This document shows, in pieces, positions 60,928 through 64,000 of a stretch of 64,000 nt of DNA. Both the position numbers and the translations under genes were made by a program. Under the pieces are notes generated by a model, which made no database searches, was not told the origin of the DNA, and saw only the letters and a program-made list of their open reading frames with translations. Where the stretch lies: assembly GCA_964270895.1 (NCBI GenBank), contig OZ185439.1; one strand, given 5' to 3'. Positions within the stretch are counted from its first letter, which is position 1. Each line of letters begins with the position of its first letter. The stretch comes from Podarcis filfolensis (lineage: Eukaryota).

Positions 60928-63221
60928 GTATGCTAATTCAAGAAACATGATGCAACATAGTTTTAATGAGAAATCCCTGTTTGTTTCTTAATTCTGCCCT
61001 CAGGATCCTTTTCTTAATTTGTATGCTACCAGTCTGGACATCTTCATGGTGCTTGAAATCACTGGAAATGTTCCAACACCAGAGTAGCTAACCTGTGGCC
61101 CTCCAAATGTTGTTAGACTCTCGCTTCCATCAGCCCCAGTCAAAATGGCCAATGGTCAGAAATGATGGGAGTTGTAGTCCAGGGACAACTGGAGGATCAA
61201 AGGTTAGCCACCACACAGGTTAACCACACCCTCTCTTGCTTTGTAGTCTTGAACGGATTTGTCATTGCAGGGAACTTTACGGAGGGGGGAAGAGCAGAAA
61301 CTCGGGAAATCTCAGCACACTCACCAAACTATTCCCATGATTCTTTTTGGAAGCTGTAACAATTAAAACAATGGTTTATTTCTGGTAAAGGATAGAGACG
61401 GCCCCTTTGATACTTGAGCATGATAAGTACTTAACTGGGTTGTCCCAAACTAGTTGCTTATTTTACCTTTCCAATATTTAATTGACGTAGCTGGAAGTCA
61501 GGATCAGAGTGAAGAATAAGGCAATTTGTGACAATTTCCAACTATTCAGGGCCTTGAATGCACATTCAGGAAAAGTGTACCCAAGAAGCCCACACGATTT
61601 TGGCATTTCCACAATTGTTTCAGTTCTTGAAACTAACTTAAAAGGTTGCACCGGAGTTCTCTTTAAGCGAACGGAACAGATCAATCTTATCACCATCTCT
61701 ATGAATTTTAAATAATAGCCACTTTTCTTCTCTTCCTTGGCTAACTGTTGCATGTTCAGAAGCTTTCCTTTTACAACGTCATATTTCTTCCTTCTTTAAT
61801 AGAAATTACTTTAATGGACAAGATGATGTTAAAATTTTGATTTAAATGTACTTGGGCACAGTGGGAACATCAGTATTTTTATATTTAGCCTTCAAAAGCT
61901 CAAGAAATTGTGTTCTCATTCTTGGCAGAAGCAACTTTGCCCCACCTCTCCTAGAAGAAAGAGACTCAGGTTGATTCCTTCTTTTGAGAGGGGGATAAGT
62001 AAATCACATGTGGCCAGAGTGGCCAATGAGCAGGGAGGGTCAGCCAGCTGTTTATGGCTGACTCCATCCCTCTTCACCTGGTCATCCTCACAGGCTTGGT
62101 GCCCTTAGGGCCAGGCCTGCACAGCCATCAGGACCTGGGTACACTGGCTAAGCTTCATTTACCCAGAGCTCACTTAACAAAGACAGGGGGTTTTCTTCAG
62201 TCCTCAGCTGGGAGTCAAATCACCTGCTGGTTTTCTTGGCCAGGGGGAGGGATACTTCACTCTCATGTTTCCATTGATTCCCCCTGCCTGCGCATATTTA
62301 TTTGGCTAATTGCAGATCCTCCAATTTGTTTTGTATCATTATCATTATTTATATAATGAATTTTTCCCTGACAGGAACTCAAGACAGCTTACAGATAAAA
62401 TAAGGACAGATAAAAACATAGATATAGTAATCATTAATTAATATACCCTTGTTGCCACATAAAAAGTTGCCCTGAGTCTTCTTTCTAGGTATGGGGGCAA
62501 CATATCTATGTATATGATTCAATAGGAAAGGGGACATCTGGTTGCCATATTTACTTCATGTGCCATCAGAAAAATATGATGTTGGCACAGGCAGCTATGT
62601 TGCTGCTTAACTGCAGTTTATATCCATGTGCACTTACATTTACCATTGATTTAAATGGAGGGCTAACTGATCCATCTCTCCAGCCTTCAAGCCAGGTAGC
62701 TATATAGAGGTATGATATTGTCTGTCATGTTTTTGACCTTGAGAGAATAGACATAAACATATCTGAGCTACCAGTAATAGTTGGAGAATGCTGGTTGTCA
62801 TGGGGGTGACTTACTCCTGATTTGCTATAATGTCGATGTTGCATTTAAATATGAATTAAGAAGATGTCACCTAGCATCCCTGGACATCTTTGCAACTCAT
62901 TAGTGTTGCAGCTTTTTTAAAAAAATAGGAAACTAACATTCTAAATACGTTCTTTTTTTCAAAAAGAGGCCATAACTGAAAGTTGAATGAGAAGAATGCT
63001 TTACTCTTTTATTAGTTCACTTTCTGCTATATATCTAGTCTGCATGCCAAGAAAAGTATAATCAAATGGTAAGTTATTGGTTTTTCAATAACACAGTTTT
63101 AAAAAGGGAATAAAATAGCATATCTTACCTGGCAGTATTTATGAAACAATTAATATTGCTAGTGTATTTTCCACTTCCTCAATATTTCATATGCCGTATC
63201 AGTTTTTATAAACCTCAAAAG

Positions 63222-63358
63222 CAGGCACAGGCAAACTCCAGCCCTCCAGATAATGTGAGACTACAATTCCCATCATCCCTGACCACTGGTCCTGTTAACT
63301 AGGGATGATGGGAATTGTAGTCCCAAACATCTGGAGGGCCAGAGTTTACCTATGCCTG
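63222..63358. mobile_element. Palindromic hAT MITE, same family as 32972-33106
   Basis: Near whole-length inverted repeat; 8-bp TSD CTCAAAAG. Confidence 0.92.
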
Positions 63359-64000
63359 CTCAAAAGACTACAAGAAAGACTAATCTGAGATCTAACAAGG
63401 AAGTGAGGCAACACTTTGGGGCAGAAATACAGCATTCATGTTGTCTTATCCAATTCTCTGATACAAAAATCAAATGAAGTTGTAATTCTATTGAACTTTT
63501 GGGAGATGTTTCTGAAGACACAATTGACCACAATATCTTGTTTTTAGCTCTGTAGTCTTAAAATTTATATCCATATCTGTTAAGATTAATTCCATTCCTG
63601 TTGAGATTTGTAATCCTGACATATTTCTAATTCTTTGGTTTTGCCCCCAAATGACAGAAACAATATAATTCTCTCTTGCGCATAGAGAAACACATGGTGG
63701 ACGTGATACTGCAGCTCATAATATATGGATATTTTATTGTGGTCACCAGCCAAAGATCATCAACAACAATAAAATTATGTTTCCCCTTTATTGCATTCTA
63801 ACCTGACATCCATATATATAGGATAATGAAATTACTCTGGAGTGTGAGGAGAAGTCCTGTATTGCATAAAGAGTTTACTTTGGTCTGGAGGTTTTTGCTT
63901 ATTCCCTTTGATGTATCTCAGAAATCTTCCAAGTAAACCAGTCAAAGGACCGTTCTGGGATTAGTAGAGTGACCTGGTCGCTGTCCATGGTACTGAAAAC

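Noticed and set aside
12000-64000. HMX3/HMX2 or other host exons downstream of ACADSB
   Set aside because: No homeodomain or other recognisable host coding sequence in the ORF track or by eye; small or non-coding exons and gap contents cannot be excluded

Overview
Vertebrate genomic DNA, most likely a lacertid lizard (Sauria-SINE, BovB, squamate-type L1/L2/CR1 ends). Bases 214-8912 hold the last nine coding exons of ACADSB (short/branched-chain acyl-CoA dehydrogenase, + strand), equivalent to human exons 3-11, with canonical GT-AG junctions and a stop at 8910-8912. A probable 3' UTR runs to about 11.8 kb. The remaining ~52 kb has no recognisable host gene; in other amniotes this interval leads to HMX3/HMX2 (from memory, not visible here). 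It is filled with Tc1/mariner and hAT MITEs, SINEs, LINE 3' ends, solo LTRs, microsatellites and assembly gaps (three in the window). The most unusual object is a very young Ty1/copia-derived LTR element on the - strand (about 50149-53598, one LTR mismatch found by eye). It keeps a 723-aa open ORF (zinc knuckle, protease, integrase-like domain lacking HHCC and the catalytic Glu) but has no capsid, RT or RNase H. Just downstream of its tRNA-iMet primer-binding site it carries a CCA-ended copy of the 3' half of initiator tRNA-Met that can fold back onto the PBS. All repeat family names come from pattern recognition, not database searches.
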